Shown here: one piece after another, positions 12,527-23,979 of the stretch | Layout of the letters: every line of letters begins with the position of its first letter | Numbering within the stretch: the first letter of the stretch is position 1 | NCBI GenBank assembly: GCA_951406725.2 | Contig: OX597823.1 | Location: 81,468,001-81,532,000, forward strand | DNA length: 64,000 bases | DNA from: Octopus vulgaris | Taxonomy: Eukaryota | Reading direction: 5' to 3' | Notes under the pieces: model-generated | Database searches by the model: none | The model's input: the letters and a program-made list of their open reading frames with translations, nothing else | What the model was told of the DNA's origin: nothing | Position numbers and translations under genes: made by a program

Positions 12527-12900
12527 GTTTATCTTTTATCTTTTATTTGTTTCAGTCATTTGACTGTGGCCGTGCTGGAGCACCACTTTGGGAATTTTAG
12601 TTGAATTAATCGACCCCAGTATTTATTTTCTTTTTAAACTTGGTACTTATTCTATCATTCTCTTTAGCCAAACTGCTAAGTTATGGGGATGTTAAGCAGT
12701 GGCTGGAGACAAACACACACACACACACATGCACATGTATGTAATGGGTTTCAGTTTCCATCTACCAAATTTATTCATAAGGCTTTGGTTGGCCTGAGAC
12801 TCTAGTCGAAGACATTTGACCAAGGTGATATGCAGTGAGATTGAACCTGGAACCATGTGGTTGGGAAGCAAACTTCCTACCACACACTCATGCCTGCACC
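12527..12900 (-). mobile_element. SINE family A, older subfamily
   Basis: Head, body and tail recognisable but diverged. Confidence 0.8.
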
Positions 12901-12905
12901 TATAT

Positions 12906-12957
<52 letters not shown>

Positions 12958-12959
<2 letters not shown>

Positions 12960-13382
12960 CAGGATGGCCTGCTGTGCATATCTTGGATCGTGGGGTGACT
13001 TGCTGTCCTTGAGGAGACCTATTGAGTCAAGTACAGCAACATCAAAATAAATATCAAATGGAAATTGTAGTTGTGATACCTGTGCTGGTGGCACGTAAAA
13101 AGCACCATCTGAACGTGGCCAATGCCAGCATGGCCTTGGCTGGCTTCTGTGCTGGTGGCATGTAAAAAGCACCGACCGATCGTACCTGTTGCCAGCCTCT
13201 TGTGGCACGTGAAAAGCACCCACTACACTCTCACGGAGTGGTTGGCGTTAGGAAGGGCATCCAGCTGTAAAAACACTGCCAGATCAGACTGGAATCTGGT
13301 GCAGCCTCCTGGCTTCCCTGACTCCAGTCGAACCATCCAACCCATGTTAGCAAGGAAAACGGATGTTAAACGATGTTGATGA

Positions 13383-13385
<3 letters not shown>
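12958..13385 (+). mobile_element. RTE LINE 3' end with three tandem units and (GAT)n tail
   Basis: gtgctggtggcacgtaaaaagcacc units followed by the conserved RTE tail. Confidence 0.78.
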
Positions 13386-13435
<50 letters not shown>

Positions 13436-13619
13436 AGTGAGTGGACAAAAGAAAGAAGGACACTCAACACATTTATTGGGAGTTAAATGTATGTATCAAA
13501 ACAGTTTGATTCAAATATATATATTTCAAGCGAACTCTCAGACACTGATTTTGCAACAAGCAAAAATGCTTGTTCTAAAATCTCTCTAAGTGATCAGTGC
13601 AATAGTTGTACTGACAAGT

Positions 13620-13982
13620 AACATTTGTAGCCACTTTAACACGGCTGTCCATTCAAGTGGACTCTGCTATGATTTTTTTAATGCCAAGAGGATATCTCCT
13701 CTAGCTGGTTAACAATGCACAACTGTAACCAATAAAATTGATCAGCACAGTAGTTTCCTGACAAATAATATATATATTGCGCGCAGAAGTAGCTGCTATC
13801 ATCTGTGGCAGATGAAGTGTCCAGTGCTGAGGAGTGGCAGAAATAGCCTAAAACCAGGACTGGTCTATTGGTTCCGTCTATTGGTTCCCCGCTTGCAATT
13901 TTATTAAGTGCAGCTGTCCTCTTGGGATTATAAAATTGCAGTAGAGTCTGCTTGAATGGACAGCCATGTTAAAGTGGCAACG

Positions 13983-13988
<6 letters not shown>
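13620..13988. mobile_element. MITE with ~70-bp terminal inverted repeats
   Basis: gccactttaacacggctgtccattcaagtggactctgct...ccaagagga versus tcctcttgg...gcagtagagtctgcttgaatggacagccatgttaaagtggc. Confidence 0.75.
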
Positions 13989-14021
<33 letters not shown>

Positions 14022-15086
14022 TGTATGTGTGTCTTTGTGTCTATGTTTGTCACCCATCCACCTGCCACCATCTGACAATTGGTATTGGTTTGTTTACATC
14101 TCTATAAGTTAGCAGTGCAACAAAAGCAACCTATAGAACAAGTACCAATCTTTAAGATAAAAAACAGAAAAGGAAACAAACAAGCCATAAGTTCCAGGGT
14201 TAATTCATTTGACTAAAAGATTTTTGAAGGCAATGCCCCCAGCAAGGCTGTACTCCAATGACTGAAGCAAGTAAAAGATAAAAAATATAAGATGAAAGAT
14301 AGGTTTTTAAAAAAACTATTTCTTACTTTCTATTTTTATAAAATCAAAGTGGTGACTGGAAATTTAACAAGTTGCTTGGTTTTAAATATCAAATGTTGCT
14401 AAAAATATATTGTATTTTTATTTAATTAATTATTTGGCTGTGTTTTTAGTGGATATATCCGAATGAACAAATCATATTCAAGATATTTGGAAGTTAGAAT
14501 TTGCTTTGAGCACTATTTAAGATTAAAAAGTATTAACTATATACCTTGAGGAAAGTACTTCACATCTATATTTACAAATCATGATGATAATGATGATGAT
14601 GATCACCATCATCATCATCATCATCATTTAATATCAACTTTTCCATACTTGTATGGGTCAGATGGAATTTGTTCAGACAGATTTTCTATGGTCAGATGCC
14701 TATCCTGTTGCCAACTCTCACCTGTTTTCAAGCAAGTTTACATTTCCTTAGGGTCAGGTATGTTTTGCATGGAAGACTGCAAACAAACAACATCGCTTGT
14801 ATGACAGTGAAACTCGTTTACAACCGTCACATGATGTCAAGACAGTACACATAAATGCACACATGCGCACGTGCATACACTCACACATATACTTCTCTGT
14901 CTTTCTATATATGTATACACACACACATACATACTCTCTACCACTACTGTGTTGGCCTCTGCTCCTTAGAGCTGGGTGATTGGCTGACTGATCTCATACA
15001 ATTTCTCCCTTTCTTCCCTTCTCATCAACCATAATATATCCGTACTTGTGCAGGCCCTTCACTAACAAATATATGTCGTCCTTCTT

Positions 15087-15305
15087 CTTTTTACTCTCTT
15101 TTACTCTTTTACTTGTTTCAGTCATTTGACGGTGGCCATGCTGGAGCACCGCCTTTAGTTGAGCAGATCGACCCTAGGACTTATTCTTTGTAAGCCTAGT
15201 ACTTATTCTATTGGTCTCTTTTGCTGAACCGCTTAGTTACGGGGACGTAAAACACACCAGCATCAGTTGTCAAGGGATGTTGGGGGAACAAACACAGACA
15301 CATAA

Positions 15306-15336
<31 letters not shown>

Positions 15337-15513
15337 CATATATATACACATATATATGACGGGCTTCTTTCAGTTTCTGTCTACCAAATCCACTCACAAG
15401 GCTTTGGTCGGCCCGAGACTATGGTAGAAGACTCTTGCCCAAGGTGCCACGCAGTGGGACTGAACCCAGAACTTGTGGTTGGTAAGCAAGCTACTTACCA
15501 CACAGCCACTCCT
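15087..15513 (-). mobile_element. SINE family A, full length
   Basis: As other family A copies. Confidence 0.9.
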
Positions 15514-15831
15514 CCTCTGGAATTCTTTTACTTCTCAGGTTATTCCTGCAGCTTTTGACATGAAACAGTTCACAAACACTTATAACATTGATCCCATTAT
15601 CAAACAGAGCCCTGAAAGAAGATGAGATAAACACAGTCCTTCTTTCAAACCAAAACAATGTCAAAGAATCTTTTTCCACGGCATTCTTAAATGAACACTT
15701 AATTCCATCTACATTAATTCAATTCTTCTAGCCATCTCTTATTTCCTTTATTAGAAAAATTTGATAAATATCTTAATGACAGATTTGATGAATTTCTTAA
15801 TAATAACGTGTTTTTTTCTTGAACTTTGCAG

Positions 15832-15979
15832 TTTGGTCGTCGAGTTTGTTGTACCTGTCGGACCCCACCAGAAAAGCCTGTATTCCAAGTATTGTGTTTG
15901 GGACTTACTGGATCCGGAAAGAGTGCTATTATATATGCCTTAAGTAAAGATTCTATTGACAAACTGGAGCCTACAGTAG
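15832..15979 (+). CDS. ARL15: ADP-ribosylation factor-like protein 15, internal coding exon (probable exon 2; N-terminal Cys cluster and P-loop)
   Basis: Acceptor ttgcag| and donor |gtgagt; 148 nt, phase 0 to 1. Encodes FGRRVCCTCRTPPEKPVFQVLCLGLTGSGKSAIIYALSKDSIDKLEPTV-G with P-loop GLTGSGKS. Resembles vertebrate ARL15 (LCCKGPPP...LVCIGLTGSGKT) as recalled. Confidence 0.93.
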
Positions 15980-16078
15980 GTGAGTGTTGTTATTGTTTAG
16001 CCCAAGGACATCATTGATTGAGCAAACCTATAATCAAAGTTGTTCCAGTCATGACCTTCCCCATCTTCTTGTATCTCA

Positions 16079-16489
16079 TTTACTCTTTTACTTGTTTCAG
16101 TCATTTGACTGTGGCCATGCTGGAGCACCACCTTTAGTTGAGCAAATTGACCCCAGGACTTATTCTTTGGAAGCCTAGTACTTATTCTATCAGTCTCTTT
16201 TGCCGAACCGCTAAGTTACAGGGACGTAAACACACCAGCATCTGTTGTCAAGCGATGTTGGGGGAACAAATACAGACACACAAACATATACACACACACA
16301 CACACACATGCACGCACACACACACACGCACACACACATACACACAGTTTCCGTCTACCAAATCCACTCACAAGGCTTTGGTCAGCTCGAGGCTATAGTA
16401 GAAGACACTTGCCCAAGGTGCCATGCACTGGAACTGAACCCGGAACCATGAGGTTGGTAAGCAAGCTACTTACCACACAGCCACTCCTG
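16079..16489 (-). mobile_element. SINE family A, full length
   Basis: As other family A copies; begins about 100 bp after the ARL15 donor. Confidence 0.9.
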
Positions 16490-17385
16490 TATACACAATC
16501 AGAATATCCTATTTGATACTTACCAACCATAGACCAGAACCACAGTTTTATCCAACCCTACCTGGGGCATATCTTTCTATCTGAATCTTTATTTTACTCT
16601 CTTTCTCTCTCTCTCTCTCCCTATATGTATATATGTGTGTGTGTGTGTGTGTACAGTGAGCTTCTTTTGGTTTCCATCTACTTAATTCACTTACAAGGAT
16701 TTGCTCGGCCTGGAGCTATGGTAGACGATACTCACCCAAGGTGCTATATAGTGAGACCGAACTTGAACCATGTAGTTGAGAAATGAGCTTCTTAACCACA
16801 CAGCCATGCCAATGCCTATCTCTGAAATTTATGTTGAACTTCAGACAAATTTCTTTTGATATCCAACTGTAGCCTATTTGTGTTATGCAGAATGCACATG
16901 TACAATCCATTTGCTGTTGTTTAACTTCAAGTCAGTTCTGACTCAATGGACCCAAAAGCATTCCAGCTATGACTATTGACGATCATCTAATGTGTCCTTC
17001 CTTTTTCTTTTTAAATGGTATAATATAATTTGAAAGGCTGCAAGCTGTCAGGGTTGTTAGCACATTAGACAAAACACTTAGAACATAAAGAGTCAGAAAA
17101 AAATGTCAGAAATTTCAAATCCTGCTGAGATAAACTCAACCTTTTCATCCATTTGGGATTGATAAAATAAAGTTGGAGACTCCCTTCGGTCATGAATGAC
17201 CATGAGATTGCACCTAGAAAGTTACCCTCTGAGGCACAAGTCCAGGCAAGGTTGTTTATGGAAGACCAGCAGTGGCCCATACATACCAGCCACCCATCTC
17301 CATCCCACCGATGTTATCCAAGGGAAAGTCAAAGGCCTATATAACTTGGCACCAGTGACATCGCAACTCATTTCTACAGCTGAGT

Positions 17386-17512
17386 GAAGGCACATGGCTC
17401 AGTGGTTAGAGCGTCGAACTTACGACTGCGAGGTTGTGAGTTTGAATCCCGGACCAGGCTGCGTGTTGTGTTCTTGAGCAAGACACTTTATTTCACGTTG
17501 CTCCAGTTCACT
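17386..17512 (+). mobile_element. tRNA-derived SINE family C head (CORE-like ttcttgagcaagacacttta segment)
   Basis: A box tggctcagtgg, B box gagtttgaatccc; related copies at 19615-19870, 33687-33925, 36163-36430, 21290-21595 (-) and 10615-10760 (-). Confidence 0.75.
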
Positions 17513-18414
17513 ATAATAAAGTACCAATAAATTAATTGGGGTCAATGTAATTTGAACCCTGCTACAGGCTTCTGTCCTGTTCAGGGGAATGTTGTGATCT
17601 CAGTCACTTAATCTGTTAAGGAAGCCAGGAAACAAGCCTTCTGAGTATTAGGGGTCAACGAAAATTATAGTTGAGGAATATTTGCTTACTATTTCTAGCA
17701 TGTCTTACAATCGTGTGCAGGTCCTTTTGTTGGCTTGTACTCATCACCTGTTTTGTTAAGCGTGATATTATGTCATGATAAGGAAAAGAGAAAGTACAGA
17801 AGCTGTCATACACCAGCCTCATCATCCCATCATAAGCATGACTAAGGAAGAAGATACTGGAAAGATCTTGTGCAGATTTAACCACTGGCGCTCTTTCTTC
17901 AACATAAACTGATATTTATCATGTACAGACATATATCTTGCTGTTAATTACATCTAATTGGTGTGATTTATTTATTTTTTTCCTTCTTGTTTACATAACC
18001 TTATGTTGAATGCCGTCTTCTCAATACATGAATCAATATATTCATTCGAAAACATCAATAAAAATCACTGTTGTGTAAAATTAGATTAGAACATCAATTA
18101 AATTTTATAATAAAATAGAATTTTACTTTAGGAAGACAAAGAAACTAATGAAAACAGGGATGAAATTTACCAGAGTGACATTTAAATTGAGGCCATCGGA
18201 TTTTTCTTTAGTTAGTTTTTTTCTTTAATTAGGTAAAGTTATGTTTTTTGTCAGATGAGAAATATAATCAGTTAATCAATATTAGTATATTATTGATGCA
18301 TGTTTTCTTGTTGTTGTTCTTGTGTAGCCCTGGGTCAGCCTTGATCAAGTAGACCTGTGCTTTAAAAGCACCTCAGGCATGCCATCCTTGCTTTTATTTA
18401 TTTATTTATTTAGT

Positions 18415-18780
18415 TTGGAGTGGTTGTGTGGTAAGAAGTTTGCTTCCCAACCACATGGTTCCAGGTTCAGTTCCACTGTGTGACACCTTGGGTAGGTGTC
18501 TTATATTATAGCTTCAGGCTGACCAAAACCTTGTCAGTGAATTTGGGAGACAGAGACTGAAAAGAAGCTCATTGTATGCATGTGTGTGTGTGTGTGTCTT
18601 TGTGTGTTTGTTCCTTGCCACCTCTTGCCAAGTGGTGTTGGTTTGTTTACATCCTTGTAACTTAGCAGTTCGGCAAAGTGACTAATAAACTGGTGTTTAT
18701 ATCTGATCGAGTGATTACAAATTATTCAAGGTGATGCTCCAGCATGGCCGCAGTCTAATGATTGAAACAAGTAAAAGAAA
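18415..18780 (+). mobile_element. SINE family A, diverged
   Basis: Head and tail recognisable. Confidence 0.8.
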
Positions 18781-19344
18781 AAAAAAGTTTATTCAGATTC
18801 AGGCTTCTTTTTTCATTATGGTAGGCACTGATTAAAGGAAGATTTGAATGGTGTTTATATCTGATCAAGTGATCACTTATAGGCCCCCTTCATCACATTG
18901 CATATTTATTTTCTTTTTGGAAAGATAAAAAGTAAGGATAGAAAAGGATCACATTGGTAGGGTTTGAACTCAGTACATAGAAGTACAAAGCTAAACAGTC
19001 CATTACATCCAGTGAGGTACATTATAATTTCTGCCAAAACATCATCATGGCTTTTCTTAATTTAACATTTGGTTTTTAACAAAATCTGATTAGAGTTCAA
19101 CTAATTAGTTTTTCTCCTGCTCTCTTTACACACACCTACACACCGTGTTTCATTCATCTTCATCTTTCATCTATTCATCCTCCAATCAAAACACATTCTC
19201 ATACATAACTTCTGAACCCTGCTTTCTATCTGTCCCTGCAAATGTTCTGATATTTTCCATACACACCTTCTCTTTGACTTCAAGAAAGAAAGGAGCCATG
19301 ACTCTCTCCCAGTTATGAGATACACAGAACCCAGGTATTTTTAA

Positions 19345-19564
19345 CCCTTTCATTACCAACCTGGCTGAAACCGGCTCTGGCTTTGAATACAAATGTCTTG
19401 TTTTCATAAGTTTTGAATTAAAATCTTCCACCAAGCCTTAGTCACAATTTATATTCCTAACAATAGCTGAATGACAACAAAGTTATTTTACTAAATTCTT
19501 TGTTATATTTAAAGTAACTGGAAGAAACTCAGAGCATCTCAACAGAAATACAGCAACGAAAGGG
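19345..19564 (+). mobile_element. TTAA-type (piggyBac-like) MITE, intact
   Basis: TTAA|ccctttcattac...gcaacgaaaggg|TTAA; a close inverted copy lies at 46599-46809. Confidence 0.85.
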
Positions 19565-20060
19565 TTAAATGTGCTCACCAACAAATTAATACTTGTTCTA
19601 CATTAATGACAAGTGAAGGTGCATGGTTTAGTGGTTAGGGTATTTGGCTTATGATCATAAGGTGTGTTGTGGCTTTCAGCAAGACTTTATTTTATGTTGC
19701 TCCCATCCACTCAGCTGGCAAAAGTGAGTAATATCTGCATTTCAGATGTCCAGCCTTGTCACATTCTGTGTCATGTTGAATCTTCCTGAGAACTATGTTA
19801 AGGGTACACATGTCTGTGGAGGGCTCAGCTCAACTGGAACCCTTGTCATTGTAACCAATAGAGTGCCAGTTTACGTCAACCTTTTAGCATTTAAACCAGC
19901 CATATCTGGCCCAAATATTCTATATGTTTTATGTCCAAACTGACCACATCTGGCCTCTCACAGCTACCCTACAATGTCATCTAAAAATAAACAATCACAT
20001 CATCGAAATCTTGAAGTTATGTGATAATCCATGATTAATTCAAAACAATGTGAATAAATA

Positions 20061-20303
20061 GCACAGGAGTAGCTGTGTGGTAAGTAGCTTGCTTACCAAC
20101 CACATGGTTCCGAGTTCAGTCCCACTGCGTGGCACCTTGGCAGGTGTCTTCTACTATAGCTTCGGGCTGACCAAAGCCTTGTGAGTGGATTTGATAGACG
20201 GAAATGGGAAGAAGCCCGTCGTATATATATATATATATATTTGTGCATGTGCATGTATATGTTTGTGTGTGTGTCCCCAACATTGCTTGACAACCGACGC
20301 TGA
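20061..20303 (+). mobile_element. SINE family A, 3'-truncated
   Basis: Head and body match family A. Confidence 0.85.
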
Positions 20304-20628
20304 TCTGACTCAGTCTAACTCAGCCAACCATTTTAGTGGTCCAGCCATGTAGTGGTCCATCCACCATTGTAATTGTCCACCATTATAGTGGTCTGTATAG
20401 AGAAGATAGTAAGAACCAATTGAAAGGATATTTGGATGGTGTTTCTAGCAGATGAAGTAATCAATTACAGTTTCGCTCATTGGCTATATGTTTGTCATCT
20501 CATTGGAAGGACGAAAAGCAAAAGGAATTGAGGGGAATTGAAATTAACATGTAGAGGCACAAAGCCAAAAGCCTTAATACATCCTGTGGGGTACCTTCTA
20601 TCATCATAACTTTTCTAAATAACATTTG

Positions 20629-20887
20629 AAATAAATAAATGTTCCTTTTTGAGCCATACCATGCTCATAAGGGCCGATTTCCCGGTTTCAGTGGCGAAGA
20701 AATTCCCCACCTGGACGGGATGCCGGTCCGTCGCAGGATTACTCATTTTTGCCAGCTGAGTGGACTGGAGCAATGTGAAATGAAGTGTTTTGCTTAAGAA
20801 CGCAATGCATCGGCCAGTCCAGAAATTGAAACCACTATCTTACGATCATGAGTTCAACACCTTAACCACTAAGCCACGCGCCTCCAC
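20629..20887 (-). mobile_element. SINE family C, full length with 12-bp TSD
   Basis: aaataacatttg at 20617-20628 and 20888-20899; minus-strand head ggaggcgcgtggcttagtgg; (TTTA)n tail. Confidence 0.85.
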
Positions 20888-20940
20888 AAATAACATTTGG
20901 TTCCATCAAAATCTCAGAAGAGCTGAACTATTTATTTTCT

Positions 20941-21170
20941 ATTTCTTTACTACCCACAAGGGGCTAAACACAGAGAGGACGAACAAGGACACACAAATGG
21001 ATTAAGTCGATTATATCGACCCCAGTGCTTAACTGGTACTTATTTAATCGACCCCGAAAGGATGAAAGCCAAAGTTGACCTTGGCATAATTTGAACTCAG
21101 AACGTAGCGGCAGACGAAATACGGCTAAGCATTTTGCCTGGCGGGCTAACGTTTCTGCCAGCTCGCCGCC
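20941..21170 (-). mobile_element. SINE family B, full length with ~10-bp TSD
   Basis: tttattttct at 20931-20940 and 21171-21180. Confidence 0.88.
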
Positions 21171-21762
21171 TTTATTTTCTCTACTGAATTAATCTCCACT
21201 TTGTTGTGAAAATGGTAGGAACTGATTAAAGGGAGATATGGTTAGTATTTCTTGCTGCTAGAGTGATCACTTAGAAGTTCTGTTAGTTTTGACGATGTGT
21301 GTTCCAGTTGAATTGGTCAATGGAACTGCCTGCTCATGAAATAAACATGCAAGTGGCTGAGCACCCTGTAGACATGCATGCCCTTAATGTAGTTCTCAGG
21401 GAGATTTAGTCTGACACAGGATGTGACAAGGCTGGCCCCTTTGAATTACAGGAACTACTCATTTTTGCTAGCTGAATGGCCTGAAGCAACATGAAATAAA
21501 GTATCTTGCCCAAGAACACAACATTCCATCAGGAATCAAACTCATGATATTACAATCGTGAGCCAAATACCAAAGTGGTAAACCATGTGTCTTCACATGA
21601 ATGTGTTATTGGAGGGATGAAAGGCAAAATTGATCTTTTCATTAGATTCTTTGTCTTTCTAAAGTAAATTACCATTTTATTGTAAAATTTAAATTAGATT
21701 TCATTAAATTTTTGTTTGAGATTGTTCAACACAAATTACTATTTTTGTTCTTTTTATTATAG

Positions 21763-21822
21763 GTTTCCTTATTAAGCCTTTAGAATTCACTGATTGTATA
21801 TTTGAAATGAAAGAACTGGGAG
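21763..21822 (+). CDS. ARL15: ARL15 internal coding exon (probable exon 3; switch I to G3 region)
   Basis: Polypyrimidine tract plus ttatag|, donor |gtaagt; 60 nt, phase 1 to 1. Encodes G-FLIKPLEFTDCIFEMKELG-G and joins both neighbouring exons in frame. KELGG is the ARL15-type G3 motif. Not in the ORF track. Confidence 0.93.
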
Positions 21823-22008
21823 GTAAGTAACTATTTAAAATATAGAAAATTTCATTTATTTGTATTAAAAAAAATTACACTTTTTTTTATACTAAATGTT
21901 GACCAATAAATAAGTAAATAACAAAATAAAAGATAAAGAAATGGTCAATATTAATGAACTGCACCAGAAGTGGAAGAGCAGAATTGATGAACAAAGTGAA
22001 TTCCTTAT

Positions 22009-22289
22009 TTACATTATTTACATTCTACGGATATTTGTCCTCATCTTGTTTGTTGTTAACACATTTCGACTAATATACACTCCAGCATTCATCAGGTGTC
22101 TTGGGGAAATTTTGAACCTGGGTTCTCATTCCTAAGGTATTTTTTGATGTTATCATTATTAGTATTATTATTATCATTATTGTTCAGGTCACTGCTTGGA
22201 ATCAAACTCAGAATCTTGGGGTTAGTAGCCCGTGATCTTAACCACTATGCCATATGCCCATGGGCATATGGCGTAGTGGTGAAGTGATT
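22009..22289 (-). mobile_element. Short retroelement with tRNA-like head, degenerate hammerhead, inverted 5' duplication and 16-bp TSD
   Basis: TSD aaagtgaattccttat at 21993-22008 and 22290-22305; A box tggcatagtgg, B box gagtttgattcc; acacCTGATGA...tcGAAA at 22099-22059; second copy at about 56085-56260 (+). Confidence 0.7.
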
Positions 22290-22364
22290 AAAGTGAATTC
22301 CTTATATTTTGTTTTAACCATTTTGTTACTGTATTTTTGTTGAAATACATTGTCTTTGTTTCAG

Positions 22365-22507
22365 TATTCTTTGTAAGCCTAGCACTTATTTTATCAGTCT
22401 CTTTTGCAGAACTGCTAAGTTACGGGGATGTAAACACACCAGCATCAGTTGTCAAGTGATGTTGGGGAGATAAACACAGACAGACAAACATACACACACA
22501 CACACAT

Positions 22508-22539
<32 letters not shown>

Positions 22540-22715
22540 TTATACATATATACAATGGGTTTCTTTTAGTTTCCGTCTACCAAATCCACTCACAAGGCTT
22601 TGGTCGGCCTGAGGCTATAGTAGAAGACACTTGCTCAAGGTGCCATGCAGTGGGACTGAACCCGGAACCATGTAGTTCGTAAGCAAGCTACTTACCACAC
22701 AGCCGCTCCTACGCC
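22365..22715 (-). mobile_element. SINE family A
   Basis: Head and body match family A; tail truncated. Confidence 0.88.
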
Positions 22716-22782
22716 TATATATATATACACACACACACACACACATACATATATACACACACAACAACACACATACACATAT

Positions 22783-22836
<54 letters not shown>

Positions 22837-23524
22837 TATAGATATACATATTCTTACACACATACATATACAGATATGGACAAACATATAGACACACACA
22901 CACAGTCATACATTCTGCTTCACTGAAGAAATTTAATGACTGCAAACAAGAGCAGACTTACTATCTACTTACCATATGTGTTTTCACCATCATTAACCTA
23001 CATCTTTAACCTTTTTGATAACGAACTGTCCAAGACTGTCCATGGTACATTGATGCAAACTTCCCACTTTATAGTGACATGAATTACAATCTTCCATAAA
23101 ATTTCATATTAATTTATGTTCTAAACACCAGTTTAAAAATGATTTCGAAATTTTTGACGGAAGGGGAAGTCAATTACATCAACCTCAGTACCTGACTGGT
23201 TCTTATTTTATTGACCCTGAAAGGATGAAAGGCAAAGCCAACCTCAGTGGAATTTGGATGCAGAATGTAAGAACATAAAGATGGATAAAATGTTGCTCAG
23301 CATTTTGTCCAGTGATCTAACAGTTTTGTCTACTCACTACCTGAAGCACAAGCTTAACTCTTTAGCATTTAAACCAGCCCTCATCAGGCCCAAATATACT
23401 ACTTGTTTTATGTTGATCACAGTCAAATCTGATCTCTTACACCTACCTTATGGTGTCATTCTGAAAATCATATCATGAATATCTCAAAGCAATCATATCA
23501 TGAATATCTCAAAGCTATAAAATA

Positions 23525-23878
23525 ATGCAATCTACCTTTCACTCTGAGAAGAGGCCCTTTGTTACCAACAGAGGTAGGAGTTCTCTGAACTTTTCCCAAC
23601 CTATTGTCATTCTAGCAGCTATGCTCTCAAAGCATCCATCTCCATTACTGACTTGATCACTTAGATAATGGATGTTATCAACTACTTCTAGCTTTTCCCC
23701 CTGGCATTTTATTGAGTCTATTTTCTGTACACTTGTAGTGTTTATTGTACCTGTGCGCCTTCCACACACAAAAACTAACCTTCCTGATATTGCTGTACTC
23801 CTTATGAATCCATGGCTTACACTTGGTACATCTCATGGAGTTACTACCTACACATTTTCTACAGATCAAGCAGGGCCG
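23525..23878 (-). pseudogene. RTE LINE reverse-transcriptase C-terminal fragment with a Cys/His-rich insert
   Basis: PCLICRKCVGSNSMRCTKCKPWIHK then (frameshift) GEKLEVVDNIHYLSDQVS...IAARMTIGWEKFRELLPLL, matching the LINE LE.V..F.YLG...RI..AW..F thumb motif. Confidence 0.8.
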
Positions 23879-23931
23879 TCTGTGTGTGTATATACATACA
23901 TACATATGTATGTATACATACATATATATTT

Positions 23932-23979
<48 letters not shown>

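Noticed and set aside
15211-15558. Recurring ORF motif IHSQGFGRPEAIVEDTCPRCHAVGLNPEP (also at 479, 2049, 16245, 22449, 44663, 54478, 62123)
   Set aside because: Antisense translation of SINE family A; frames break differently in each copy.
1-15831. Search for the ARL15 start-codon exon
   Set aside because: No short ATG-initiated phase-0 exon with a convincing donor was identified; it may lie upstream of the window or be too diverged to recognise by eye.
17386-17460. tRNA gene candidates (also 32235-32309 and the heads of family A and B copies)
   Set aside because: A and B boxes are present but there is no complete cloverleaf or poly-T terminator, and each continues into a SINE body.
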